A stretch of 24,000 nucleotides of DNA. Origin: Candidatus Saccharimonadales bacterium (GTDB taxonomy: Bacteria; Patescibacteriota; Saccharimonadia; Saccharimonadales; EFPC-124). The stretch is from the NCBI GenBank assembly GCA_035710125.1, contig DASTDY010000070.1:4198-28197 (forward strand), read 5' to 3'. Below the pieces are notes generated by a model that was not told the DNA's origin, did no database searches, and saw only the letters and a program-made list of their open reading frames with translations. The translations under genes and the position numbers were made by a program. Of the stretch, positions 1 to 11,222 are shown piece by piece. Position 1 is the first letter of the stretch, and each line of letters starts with the position of its first letter.

Positions 1-92
1 CGCACAATTACTTGGGCAATATCAAAATCTACACCAAACCGTTCTTTGCACGATTTTTCTATTGCGATATCGCCGAGCATTTCTTCGTTCAT
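1..92 (-). CDS. 5' end of an unidentified backbone gene (continues past the window start)
   Basis: ATG at 92 (minus) reads MNEEMLGDIAIEKSCKERFGVDFDIAQVIVR and stays open to the window edge. A TATAAT hexamer (102-107, minus) lies 9 nt upstream, the same short-leader layout as other ~50% GC genes here. Too short to appear in the ORF track. Confidence 0.3.
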   Translation of the reverse strand, partial: MNEEMLGDIAIEKSCKERFGVDFDIAQVIV

Positions 93-180
93 ACTGCTGT
101 AATTATAACGCCAGTGGCGGGGGAGTGAAAGCAAAAGCGGTTTGCGCTTAATTTCGAAGTTCAAACAGAACATTTAAAAA

Positions 181-209
181 TTGACACATTAAAGTTTATA
201 TTATAATAT
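181..209 (+). promoter_or_regulatory. sigma70-like promoter of island gene A
   Basis: TTGACA (181-186), 17-nt AT-rich spacer, TAATAT (204-209). An overlapping TATAAT lies at 202-207. It sits in an AT-rich patch directly abutting the GC-rich leader. Confidence 0.5.
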
Positions 210-246
210 TTACGCTACATTGGCCCTCTGACCCTGGAGACAGCAC

Positions 247-714
247 ATGACCATCGCCGGCAACAGCAGCCTGACGCATGTCAGCGAACTGGCACAGGAC
301 ACCAACACCGACCCGGCCGCCATAGAGGCGGCATGTATCGAGCTCCTGCCCGAATGGGAGGACATGGTGCCCACCGACCAGAGCAGGCTGTTCTTGCTGC
401 TGGCCGAGGCCATCGGCACCGACCCGAACCGTCTGGACGCAGCCGCCGAGCTGGCCAACGAGGCCTGGCAACTGGCCCGAGAAGACGACAGCATCGTGCT
501 GGCCGTCGAAGCACGATGCGCCTACGCACGCTTCACCGCACACGAGTGCACCACGTTCGAGGAGTACATGGGAGGCACCATGAAGCTCGGGTTCCACCTC
601 CTGATCAAGTTCGCCCAGTTGCCGAGCGACGAGATCGACGCGATCACCGAGGCTCTGAAAAAGGTCTACGCCCACGGGGTGTCGCTGATCGCCAAGGGCG
701 TACTCACCGACTAG
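247..714 (+). CDS. hypothetical acidic helical protein, high-GC island A (155 aa)
   Basis: ATG at 247 preceded by GGAGA (236-240). The amino-acid composition looks natural, unlike the Arg/Pro/Gly-rich alternative frames. About 65% G+C. Distant paralog of island B over a ~47-aa stretch (..QLAREDDSIVLAVEA.. vs ..QIAYSKGNVVLAVKA..). Confidence 0.7.
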   Translation: MTIAGNSSLTHVSELAQDTNTDPAAIEAACIELLPEWEDMVPTDQSRLFLLLAEAIGTDPNRLDAAAELANEAWQLAREDDSIVLAVEARCAYARFTAHECTTFEEYMGGTMKLGFHLLIKFAQLPSDEIDAITEALKKVYAHGVSLIAKGVLTD

Positions 715-725
715 CAGGCCGATGC

Positions 726-767
726 GCCCCAAGCATGTTACCAAGATTACATGCTTGGGGCGTTTTC
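726..767 (+). terminator. intrinsic terminator of island A
   Basis: Perfect 13-bp stem, GCCCCAAGCATGT (726-738) with ACATGCTTGGGGC (749-761), 10-nt loop, followed by GTTTTCG. Confidence 0.75.
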
Positions 768-783
768 GATTGTGTATAAAACA

Positions 784-812
784 TTGACAAATAAACTTAT
801 TTATTATAGGAT
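784..812 (+). promoter_or_regulatory. sigma70-like promoter of island gene B
   Basis: TTGACA (784-789), 17-nt spacer, TAGGAT (807-812). A TATAAT also lies at 812-817. Confidence 0.45.
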
Positions 813-845
813 ATAATAATCAATCCTCTTGCCCTAGGGGTGCAC

Positions 846-1232
846 ATGGCCGAGTTCAACGAAGACGACCACATCAAGACCGTCGCAGACGCCATTGAGG
901 TGGCACTGATCGACGCAGAAGACCTGGCCGAAGCAGGCAACTACAACGAGGCGATCACCCTCGCCGACCGTGCCGCCCAGATCGCCTACAGCAAGGGCAA
1001 CGTCGTGCTGGCCGTCAAGGCAGCCAGCGACGCCCACCGCTACAACGCCCGCAGCCTGACGCTGGCGGAATTCTGGAAAAGCTTCCACGAGTTCTACAGC
1101 ATCGTCAGGAACGAGTGGCTGCAAGGCCGCAGCGACGCCGAGGCCAAGCAGGCCTACGTGTTGCTTCAAGAGCTCGAAACGTTTGGCGACGACCTCGCCA
1201 AACAGCGTGCCCTCGAAGCGCCTGAGGACTGA
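846..1232 (+). CDS. hypothetical acidic helical protein, high-GC island B (128 aa)
   Basis: ATG at 846 with AGGGG 5 nt upstream; the ORF track's GTG at 840 is less likely. Paralogous to island A. Confidence 0.7.
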   Translation: MAEFNEDDHIKTVADAIEVALIDAEDLAEAGNYNEAITLADRAAQIAYSKGNVVLAVKAASDAHRYNARSLTLAEFWKSFHEFYSIVRNEWLQGRSDAEAKQAYVLLQELETFGDDLAKQRALEAPED

Positions 1233-1235
1233 TAC

Positions 1236-1290
1236 CGTCCCCGGACTACCTGCCATCAACCGGCAGGAACGTCCGGGGCGCTTCAGTTTT
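1236..1290 (+). terminator. intrinsic terminator of island B
   Basis: Interrupted long stem: CCCCGGAC (1239-1246) with GTCCGGGG (1271-1278), inner CCTGCC (1249-1254) with GGCAGG (1262-1267), then CTTCAGTTTT. Confidence 0.65.
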
Positions 1291-1312
1291 AAAAACATTT
1301 TTAAACCTCTGA

Positions 1313-1341
1313 TTGCCCCAAGCGCCCCACCACAGTACAAT
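1313..1341 (+). promoter_or_regulatory. promoter of the helicase gene (near-leaderless)
   Basis: TTGCCC (1313-1318), 17-nt spacer, TACAAT (1336-1341). Only 7 nt separate the -10 from the ATG at 1349, and there is no SD. Confidence 0.45.
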
Positions 1342-1348
1342 AGATAAG

Positions 1349-4300
1349 ATGACGGAGTTCACCCAAGCGTATGCGGCATTAAATGCTGCTCAAAAACAGG
1401 CGGTCGACACAATTGACGGACCAGTTTTGGTTGTAGCCGGCCCTGGCACCGGCAAAACGCAGCTTCTTGGCATGCGCGCGGCAAATATTGTGCGTAAAAC
1501 AGATGTGCTGCCGGGCAATATTTTATGCCTTACATTTACCGAATCTGCCGCCGCAGCCATGCGCCAGCGCCTTATTAGCCTCATGGGGCCAGAAGGCAAC
1601 AAGGTGGCGGTGCATACATTCCACAGTTTTGGGTCAGAAATTATTAGTAATAACGCCGAATATTTTTATAACGGCGCCAAATTTGCACCCGCAGACGACC
1701 TTGCTAGTTACGAAATCCTGCGCGAGATTTTTGAATCGCTGCCGCACAGTTCACCACTCGCCAAAACCATGAACGGCGAATTCACCTCGTTAAAAGATGC
1801 GCGCGCTGCAATCTCGCACCTAAAACGCGCCGGCTTGTTGCCAGCCGAGCTTGGCGTAGTACTCGACCATAACAAACTATTTTGTGACGCAGCAGAACCA
1901 ATCCTGGGCGAACTGTTTGCAAACCGGCTTTCTAAAAAAGATTTGCCATCGTTTGGGACGGCTGCCGAGCAATTAGCTGCGTTCAAAGCCAAACCCATGC
2001 CACTTGGCTTTATAAAACCACTGCACCAACTTTGCACGGTAGAATTTAGCCGCGCAATCCAAGACGCAATCCAAACGGGCAAAACTACTCCTCTTACCGC
2101 GTGGCGCAACCGTTGGCTCGAAAAGAACCATCTTGGCGTTTTTGTTTTTAAAGACCGCAAGCAGAGCAAAAAACTGGGCGCACTCATTAAGGTGTACCAA
2201 AAATACCTAGAATCGCTGCAAGAACACATGCTGTTCGACTTTGACGACATGGTGAGCTCAGTAGCCCACACGCTAGAAACCGTGGCCGAACTGCGCCTAA
2301 ACCTACAAGAACAGTACCAATATATTATGGTAGACGAATTCCAAGACACCAACGGCGCCCAATCGCGCTTGCTGGCTGCGCTTACCGAAAACCCGCTCAA
2401 CGAAAACCGCCCCAACGTACTTGCGGTAGGCGATGACGACCAAGCTATTTATGCATTCCAGGGCGCAGAACTCAGTAACATACTAGAGTTTGCTGCCCGC
2501 TATAACGACACTAAAGTTATTACACTTACCGATAACTACCGCTCGACCGCCCAAGTACTCTCACATGCCCGCCGCGTGATAACACTGGGCGAAAACCGGC
2601 TCGAAAACTCATTGCAAGACATCCGCAAAGACTTAATCGCCCACAACACAGCCGCGCCGTCGGGCACAGAACTTCACGTTGCTAAAACCCCCGACGCAGA
2701 GCTCCACTGGATCGCTGCCCAGGTTAAAAAGCGCGTGCAAAACGGGATGCCCGCCCAGGATATTGCCATTTTAGCCCGTACGCACCGGCAACTTATACAG
2801 CTTGTGCCTCATTTGCACGCCGCAGGCATCGCAGTCAATTACGAACGTCGCAACAACGTACTAGAAAGCCAACCAATCCAAGAGCTCATTACGCTTGCAG
2901 AAGTGACAGTGGCAATATCTGAACAACGCTATGACATTGCCGAAAGCCTGCTGCCCGAACTTTTAAGCTATAAGTTTTGGGGCATAACAACTGCCGACCT
3001 CTGGAAACTATCGGTCCGTGCCTACAAAGAGCGCCGCATGTGGCTCGAACTTATGGTAGATTCTAAAGGCAGACTGCGCCAGATTGCCGAATTTTTAATT
3101 GTTGCCTCGCACAACGCTACACATGACCCACTCGAAGAAATACTGGACTTCCTGCTAGGAAGCAACGAACAGCAAGTGCCAGCCGAAGATACCGATTCTG
3201 ACCTGCCATTCTTGCACAACACCACAGACGACGAAGAAACGTTTATTTCGCCCTTCCGCGCCTACTTTTTTAACCAAGGGCAACTGCAAAAAAACCCGAC
3301 CGCCTATTTAACCCTGCTTAGCAACCTGCGTGCAATCCGTCGCGGTGCCGCCGCATACCGTCCCAATAGCATACTAAGCTTGCGCAGTTTTATAGATTTT
3401 ATTGAACTATGCGAACGTACCAATACCCCTGTTGTAGACACCGGAACCACACACGAATCTGCACACGGCGTCCACCTAATGACAGCCCACAAAGCAAAAG
3501 GGCTAGAATTTAACACCGTGTTCGTTGTAAGCTGCCAAGACGATGTATGGGGGCGCAAAACCCGCCATAAATACACCAGCTTGAGCTTTCCGCACAACCT
3601 GCCCATAGAGCCTGCCGGCCAAAAGTACGACGATGCCCTGCGTTTGTTTTTTGTAGCTATGACGCGGGCCAAACAACACTTAATTTTGTCGGCGCACCTT
3701 GCTGACGCCGATGGCAAAGAACGAATTTTAGCAGAATTTTTGCAAGATGACAGCCTTTCGCCCATACCCGCAACCGAAGACGACGCGCCAAAACTAGAAG
3801 AACGCAGCCCGGGGTGGGAACTCCGGCACCTCACCCTGCCACAAGTAGACCAAAAGGTATTGTTACAGCCCATCCTAGACTCATACCAATTAAGCGCAAC
3901 CCACCTAAATAACTTCTTAGATATCACCCGCGGCGGCCCGCAGGCATTTTTACTACAGAACCTACTGCGTTTTCCGCAGGCAATCACCTCTGGCCAAGCA
4001 TTTGGCCAAGCCGTGCACGCAGTGCTGGCCCGCGCCCATACTCATTTAACGGCCACTGGCGAACGCCGCCCCATAGAAGATATCCTGCACGACTACGAAC
4101 TGCAACTGCAACAAAACCTGCTCAGCGAAAAAGAATTTAGCTATTTGCTAGAGAAGGGCAGCGAAGTCCTACATACCTTTTTAGCCGCCCGTTACGATAG
4201 CTTTTTGCCGGAACAGAAGGCAGAGCGCAGTTTCAGCACCCAGGGCGTGCGGCTCGGCGACGTCCGGCTAACCGGCGCAATCGACCTACTAGACATAGAC

Positions 4301-4687
4301 AAGCAAGCCAAAACCCTAATTGTTACCGACTACAAAACAGGCAAATGCCACTCAAACTGGCGCGGCGCAACCGACTACGAGCGCATTAAGCTACATAAAT
4401 ACAAGCAACAACTTATGCTGTACAAAATTTTGGCAGAAAACTCGCGCGATTTTCAGGGTTACACAGCCACCAAGGGCGTACTCGACTTTGTAGAACCAGA
4501 CGAAAACCGCCAATGCCACAGCCTAGAGCTCATCTACAACCCCGAAGACATGGCGCAGTTTAAGCAGCTCGTTACCAAAGTATGGCAGCACATTGTGGAA
4601 TTAAACTTCCCAGATGTCAGCAGCTACGACCCCACGCTCAACGGTATGCTCGCGTTTGAGCGGGATCTTCTAGACGGTACCATCTAA
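1349..4687 (+). CDS. UvrD/PcrA (SF1A) DNA helicase with C-terminal PD-(D/E)XK nuclease domain (AddA-like)
   Basis: Walker A VVAGPGTGKTQ. Other motifs: LCLTFTESAA, IMVDEFQDTN, AVGDDDQAIYAFQGA, TDNYRST, MTAHKAKGLEFNTVFV, FFVAMTRAK. C-terminal GAIDLLDI..VTDYKTGK plus QQLMLYKIL resembles a RecB-type nuclease. The ATG at 1349 (MTEFTQAY..) is preferred over the TTG at 1313. Confidence 0.9.
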   Translation: MTEFTQAYAALNAAQKQAVDTIDGPVLVVAGPGTGKTQLLGMRAANIVRKTDVLPGNILCLTFTESAAAAMRQRLISLMGPEGNKVAVHTFHSFGSEIISNNAEYFYNGAKFAPADDLASYEILREIFESLPHSSPLAKTMNGEFTSLKDARAAISHLKRAGLLPAELGVVLDHNKLFCDAAEPILGELFANRLSKKDLPSFGTAAEQLAAFKAKPMPLGFIKPLHQLCTVEFSRAIQDAIQTGKTTPLTAWRNRWLEKNHLGVFVFKDRKQSKKLGALIKVYQKYLESLQEHMLFDFDDMVSSVAHTLETVAELRLNLQEQYQYIMVDEFQDTNGAQSRLLAALTENPLNENRPNVLAVGDDDQAIYAFQGAELSNILEFAARYNDTKVITLTDNYRSTAQVLSHARRVITLGENRLENSLQDIRKDLIAHNTAAPSGTELHVAKTPDAELHWIAAQVKKRVQNGMPAQDIAILARTHRQLIQLVPHLHAAGIAVNYERRNNVLESQPIQELITLAEVTVAISEQRYDIAESLLPELLSYKFWGITTADLWKLSVRAYKERRMWLELMVDSKGRLRQIAEFLIVASHNATHDPLEEILDFLLGSNEQQVPAEDTDSDLPFLHNTTDDEETFISPFRAYFFNQGQLQKNPTAYLTLLSNLRAIRRGAAAYRPNSILSLRSFIDFIELCERTNTPVVDTGTTHESAHGVHLMTAHKAKGLEFNTVFVVSCQDDVWGRKTRHKYTSLSFPHNLPIEPAGQKYDDALRLFFVAMTRAKQHLILSAHLADADGKERILAEFLQDDSLSPIPATEDDAPKLEERSPGWELRHLTLPQVDQKVLLQPILDSYQLSATHLNNFLDITRGGPQAFLLQNLLRFPQAITSGQAFGQAVHAVLARAHTHLTATGERRPIEDILHDYELQLQQNLLSEKEFSYLLEKGSEVLHTFLAARYDSFLPEQKAERSFSTQGVRLGDVRLTGAIDLLDIDKQAKTLIVTDYKTGKCHSNWRGATDYERIKLHKYKQQLMLYKILAENSRDFQGYTATKGVLDFVEPDENRQCHSLELIYNPEDMAQFKQLVTKVWQHIVELNFPDVSSYDPTLNGMLAFERDLLDGTI

Positions 4688-4851
4688 AAGCTGAGGACCA
4701 CCCAGTAGATAACAGACGCTAAACCTCGTTTTCCACAGGTTTTACCTAAAAATCCTCTGGAACACCCCGGGAACTTAGGCTACTCTTAGACTGCTCAGAA
4801 TTTAGAGCATCATAGCAAGGTGTAGACGACCCAAGTAAAGGAAGTGTCGCT

Positions 4852-5356
4852 ATGCACTCGAGGATACGGAGGACGCTGCTAGCTGCAGCGTTGGTGATAT
4901 TCATCTCCGCAAGTCTGGCAGCAACTCCCGCTCAGGCAGCAGATGGCTGTTATGGCGACTACTGTTCCGGACGCGATCCGTCAAACTACCGGTGTAGGCA
5001 ATGTCCCATGTGCTAACGACGCCAAGTCCGTGATGCACGCAGATTTGGAGGTATATCGACCCGACTACCCGGGCGCCGTCACCGGCTCCTGGGTGAAGGT
5101 CGGCGACCTTGACCTGCGATGGTCGCCTCGGTGTCAAACCAACTGGGCCAGGGCAAGCATGTTTGCAGACACCACAATGATCGCGGCGAGCGTCACCCAA
5201 AGCACTGGCTACACGATGCGCCGTCAGACCAATGGCTGGTGGGGCGGTTCATCATCAGGTGTCTACTGGACGAACATGATTTACTCGCCAGTGGCCGCCT
5301 GCAGGGCCTGGGTTGAGGGTGGCTCGTTCCGCACAAGTTCGACCGGCTGGAGATAG
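4852..5356 (+). pseudogene. frameshifted gene for a secreted DUF2690-like protein (high-GC island C)
   Basis: ATG at 4852 with AAAGGAAG upstream encodes a signal peptide (MHSRIRRTLLAAALVIFISASLAATPAQA) followed by DGCYGDYCSGRDPSNYRC, then stops at 5014. The rest (CANDAKSV...LDLRWSPRCQTNWAR...) continues in the +1 frame (ORF 4943..5356). The two Cys codons that fit the same motif position (4993 and 5009) are 16 nt apart. Confidence 0.6.
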
Positions 5357-5369
5357 TCCTGCTATGGCA

Positions 5370-5399
5370 CCCCGTTGCACCCAAAGTTGTGCAACGGGG
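5370..5399 (+). terminator. GC-rich hairpin after island C (no U-tract)
   Basis: 11-bp stem, CCCCGTTGCAC (5370-5380) with GTGCAACGGGG (5389-5399), 8-nt loop. No T-run follows. Confidence 0.5.
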
Positions 5400-5440
5400 G
5401 TATAAGCCTTACTATAAAATAAGTGAGCAAAGGAATGTGA

Positions 5441-5644
5441 ATGTACCCAATACAACATGCAATAGCATATCTGGTTTTATTATTAATGAGCGCCGTCTTA
5501 GTTATTGTTTTACCTAAGGTGATTGATTTGTTGCCTCTTACGAAAGAATCCAAAAATCAAGCAATTGGAATCGCTATAGGAGGCGTAATTATATTTGCGG
5601 TGATATCTTATATCCTACAGCCGTTTGCAATGCTTCTTGGTTAA
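5441..5644 (+). CDS. small AT-rich two-TM membrane protein (67 aa), hypothetical
   Basis: ATG at 5441 with AAAGGA 8 nt upstream. Two hydrophobic spans (AIAYLVLLLMSAVLVIVL and IGIAIGGVIIFAVISYIL). No recognisable family. Confidence 0.4.
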   Translation: MYPIQHAIAYLVLLLMSAVLVIVLPKVIDLLPLTKESKNQAIGIAIGGVIIFAVISYILQPFAMLLG

Positions 5645-5792
5645 ATCAAAGACTTAGTGTCACCTGCACTATTCCAGTTACTGCGTTATTTTCGATTTCC
5701 CTATAAACTAGTAGAGCTTACTTATCACGTTGAAACCCTTCGCGATCCGCAAGACGAAGACCGAGGTTTAGCTACCGTCCACAAGGAACTTT

Positions 5793-6218
5793 CTACAAAC
5801 GTTTGCGATGCCGGCGAAGCTCTGCGACTTTAAGGCGTACAGCGTGACGGTCTATTAAGGCCTCGGCGTGGTCTAGTTCTACCTGGCCCTTGGCTTCTGC
5901 CTTTAGTTTTTTAGCCCGTTCGAGCGCTTCGCGGGCTTCGCTTTCTACAATATCTGCCGCGTGGTCGGCTTCGTCTACCAATAGCCGCACATGATGGCCC
6001 GACACTTCAGCCACGCCACCGTTTATGGCAAAAATCTCTACTTGGTCGTCGCTGTCGGTTTTGGTGCGGCGCACTTTTACCACACCGGCAACTACTGCAG
6101 TTACTAGCGGCGAGTGCTGCGGGTACACGGCCACCCCGCCAACAGGAGTAGGCAAGATTACCTCGTACACGTCTTCTTGGATTTTAGGGCCAGTGAGTGT
6201 TACAAATTCGAGCTTCAT
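5793..6218 (-). CDS. atpC: F1 ATP synthase epsilon subunit
   Basis: 141 aa in the last position of the atp operon. N-terminal beta-sandwich-like sequence (VILPTPVGGVAVYPQHSPLVT..) and a C-terminal helical hairpin. Confidence 0.9.
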   Translation of the reverse strand: MKLEFVTLTGPKIQEDVYEVILPTPVGGVAVYPQHSPLVTAVVAGVVKVRRTKTDSDDQVEIFAINGGVAEVSGHHVRLLVDEADHAADIVESEAREALERAKKLKAEAKGQVELDHAEALIDRHAVRLKVAELRRHRKRL

Positions 6219-6225
6219 TGCGGAG

Positions 6226-8486
<2,261 letters not shown>

Positions 8487-8489
8487 GGT

Positions 8490-10013
8490 TTAGGCCTCAT
8501 ACCCCTTAGCTATTTTTTTAGCGGTGGCCAGAATGAGCTTGCTTGTTTCTTCAGATGGTTTTGCACCTTTGCTCAGCTCTTTCATGGCGTCTTTGTGGTC
8601 GGCCCACAGGTCGGCTATAAGGGCGCGGGTAGCATCGTGAAGTTTTTCTACGGGCACGTGGTCGAACTCGCCTTGCGTAGCAGGCAATAATACGGCAACT
8701 TGCTCCCACACGCTCATTGGGCTGTATTGGGGCTGTTTGAGCAGTTCGGTGAGGCGTTGGCCGCGGTTGATGCGCTGTTTAGTCTGGGCATCTAGGTCGG
8801 TGCTAAATTGGGTGAATGCGGCAAGCTCGCGGAAACGCGCAAGGTCTAACTTTAGGCCGCCGCCAACGCTTTTAACAGCCTTGGTTTGGGCAGCGCCACC
8901 AACACGGCTCACACTTAAACCAACCGAAATGGCAGGGCGGATACCCTGGTAGAACAAACTTGTCTCTAAGAAAATCTGGCCATCGGTAATAGAAATGACG
9001 TTGGTTGGAATGTACGCACTAATGTCGCCGGCTTGGGTCTCGATTATCGGCAAGGCAGTCAGCGAGCCACTCCCAAGTTTGTCGTTCAATTTAGCCGATC
9101 GCTCCAGCAAGCGTGAATGCAGGTAAAACACATCACCAGGGTAGGCTTCGCGGCCTGGTGGGCGGCGCAATAGTAGCGACATCTGGCGGTAGGCAACAGC
9201 GTGCTTTGTGAGGTCGTCGTAAATAATCAGCGCATGCTGTTTGTTGTCGCGGAAATATTCCGCCATAGCCGTGCCTGCATAAGGGGCCAGGTACAAGAGC
9301 GACGCAGGGTCGGCAGGGCTGGTCGCAACCACAATAGATTGCTCCATAACGCCTTCTTCTTTAAGGCGCTCAACCAAGCGGCTTACTTTGCTCAGCTTTT
9401 GGCCAACGGCAACATACACGTTGATCACACCTGTTTTTTGGCGGTGCTGGTTAATCATGGTGTCGAGTGCAATAGCAGTTTTACCAGTTTGGCGGTCGCC
9501 AATAATCAATTCGCGCTGGCCACGGCCAATTGGCACAATGGCGTCGATTGCCATTAGGCCAGTCATCATGGGTTCGTGTACCGATTTACGGTCCATCACC
9601 CCTGGTGCAGCACGCTCGACCAAGCCGGTTTGCTTAGCCTTGATTGGGCCCTTGCCATCGAGCGGACGGCCAAGCGGATCTACCACGCGGCCAAGCAGTT
9701 CGGGACCAACCGGAACGGTAAGCACCGTGCCCTTTAATTTTACGCGGGCACCGGCAGCTACTTTGCTGTCTGCGCCGAGCAGTACGGCACCAATTTCGTC
9801 TTCCATTAGGTTTAGGGCGAACGCTTCAACGGTAGAGCCATCGGTAGCTTCGATCTCTAGCACCTCGTTAAAACCGGCGTTTGTTAAGCCGTACACCCAC
9901 GCCACACCGTCACCAATGCGGGTGACAATCCCGACCTCTTGAAGGTCTTGGTCGCTTTTTAGCTGGCTTATTGCAGCCTGCAACTCATTTGAGAGTTCTT
10001 TTACAGATATCAT
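8490..10013 (-). CDS. atpA: F1 ATP synthase alpha subunit
   Basis: Walker A GDRQTGKT, with [23 protein letters not shown] and [16 protein letters not shown]; the ATGA start overlaps the atpH stop. Confidence 0.95.
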   Translation of the reverse strand: MISVKELSNELQAAISQLKSDQDLQEVGIVTRIGDGVAWVYGLTNAGFNEVLEIEATDGSTVEAFALNLMEDEIGAVLLGADSKVAAGARVKLKGTVLTVPVGPELLGRVVDPLGRPLDGKGPIKAKQTGLVERAAPGVMDRKSVHEPMMTGLMAIDAIVPIGRGQRELIIGDRQTGKTAIALDTMINQHRQKTGVINVYVAVGQKLSKVSRLVERLKEEGVMEQSIVVATSPADPASLLYLAPYAGTAMAEYFRDNKQHALIIYDDLTKHAVAYRQMSLLLRRPPGREAYPGDVFYLHSRLLERSAKLNDKLGSGSLTALPIIETQAGDISAYIPTNVISITDGQIFLETSLFYQGIRPAISVGLSVSRVGGAAQTKAVKSVGGGLKLDLARFRELAAFTQFSTDLDAQTKQRINRGQRLTELLKQPQYSPMSVWEQVAVLLPATQGEFDHVPVEKLHDATRALIADLWADHKDAMKELSKGAKPSEETSKLILATAKKIAKGYEA

Positions 10014-10408
10014 TTTATTCCTCCGGCAATTTGATTAAGCTGTCGGCGCACAGTTGCGTCGAGTTCGTGGCGAGGGGTGCGCACAAGTATGCCACCGACA
10101 AGGGAAGGATCGAGCGTACTCGAGAGCTCCACCGTCTTAGCGCCAGTAGACTGCATAAGCAGCGCTTCGAGCGCCGTACGGATATCGTCGGTCATGGCAT
10201 GCGCGTGCGAAACCTGCGCCACCATGTGTTGGTTTTGCAAAAATAGCTCATCGGCCATATCTTTAACCAGTAGGTCGAGTTGCTTCACTTGGTTGGTATC
10301 TATAAGATACGCCGCCACTTGCTGCACAATCTGAGGCTTATCGTTTGGACGCGCCAGCAGCATGCGCACAACTTCACGGGCAAAACGGCGACGGCTCAGT
10401 TTAGGCAT
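10010..10408 (-). CDS. atpH: F1 ATP synthase delta (OSCP) subunit, short form (132 aa)
   Basis: Lies between atpF and atpA. C-terminal [26 protein letters not shown] is OSCP-like. The ATG at 10408 ([10 protein letters not shown]) overlaps the atpF end by 8 nt. The longer ORF-track start at 10459 would run deep into atpF. Confidence 0.75.
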   Translation of the reverse strand: MPKLSRRRFAREVVRMLLARPNDKPQIVQQVAAYLIDTNQVKQLDLLVKDMADELFLQNQHMVAQVSHAHAMTDDIRTALEALLMQSTGAKTVELSSTLDPSLVGGILVRTPRHELDATVRRQLNQIAGGIK

Positions 10409-10973
10409 TCGACCGCCCCTTTGCTGCTTCCTGCAAGGCAGTCTTAATAAGCGCTGCATCTTTGGTCGGGTCTAGTTTTTCGCGAATAATCTGCTCAGTT
10501 GCAGCAGCAACAAGATGGGCCGCCTCTGCCTTGAGCGCCTCACGCGCCTTACCAACCTCTACGTCCATCTGGGCTTTTGCTTCTTTTACAATGTGCTCGG
10601 CACGGGTGGCAGCTTTGCGCTCGGCAGCCTCAACCATTTGCGCAGCCTCTTTGTGGCTTGCTGCAACAACGGCGTCGGCTTCTTCGCGCGCCTCAGCCAG
10701 CATGGCTGCAATGGTTGCCTCAGACTTCTTAAGCGCTTCTTCTGTCTTTGCGGCATGCGCCAGACTTTTTTCTACGGATTCGCGGCGGCCTTCGATAGTT
10801 GCAACAAGTTTTGGCAATACGAATTTTCGTAGCACCAACAGCACAATCACAAAAGTTACCAGCTGGAACAAAAATCCCTGCCAGTTTAGGCCAAGTGCAG
10901 CAATGCCACTGTCACCGCTCTTTTCGGCGGTTTGAGTAGCTGCTTCAGCGGCAACATGTAATAGGTTTTGCAC
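10401..10973 (-). CDS. atpF: Fo ATP synthase subunit b
   Basis: A single N-terminal TM (FLFQLVTFVIVLLVL) followed by a long Ala/Glu/Lys-rich helix. Operon position. Confidence 0.85.
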   Translation of the reverse strand: MQNLLHVAAEAATQTAEKSGDSGIAALGLNWQGFLFQLVTFVIVLLVLRKFVLPKLVATIEGRRESVEKSLAHAAKTEEALKKSEATIAAMLAEAREEADAVVAASHKEAAQMVEAAERKAATRAEHIVKEAKAQMDVEVGKAREALKAEAAHLVAAATEQIIREKLDPTKDAALIKTALQEAAKGRSNA

Positions 10974-10985
10974 GGGCTAGCTCCT

Positions 10986-11201
10986 TTAGGCGGTTGTAAA
11001 CACGATCAGCAGAACAAAGGCAAGTACGGCGTCTACAAGACCAGCCATAATAAAGGCGGCAGACAACACCTTACCCTGTACCTCTGGGTTCTGGCCGACA
11101 GCCTTTACAGCCGATGCACCAATTAAACCTACGCCGATTGCTGGGCCAATTGCACCAAATGCAATGGTAAGGCCTTTAATTAAACTTGGGTCGATTTCCA
11201 T
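10986..11201 (-). CDS. atpE: Fo ATP synthase subunit c
   Basis: 71-aa hairpin proteolipid with a Gly-rich helix 1 (GAIGPAIGVGLIGA) and the carboxylate in helix 2 (AGLVDAVLAF). AAGGAG SD. Confidence 0.9.
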   Translation of the reverse strand: MEIDPSLIKGLTIAFGAIGPAIGVGLIGASAVKAVGQNPEVQGKVLSAAFIMAGLVDAVLAFVLLIVFTTA

Positions 11202-11222
11202 AAGATATCTCCTTATTTTTAC

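Noticed and set aside
4688-4851. Searched the helicase-to-island C spacer, and also 5645-5792, for a tRNA, an sRNA or a consensus promoter or terminator.
   Set aside because: There is no T-loop (GTTCGAATC-like) motif and no cloverleaf. Only weak -35/-10 candidates and a 5-bp hairpin were found, and nothing there is supportable.
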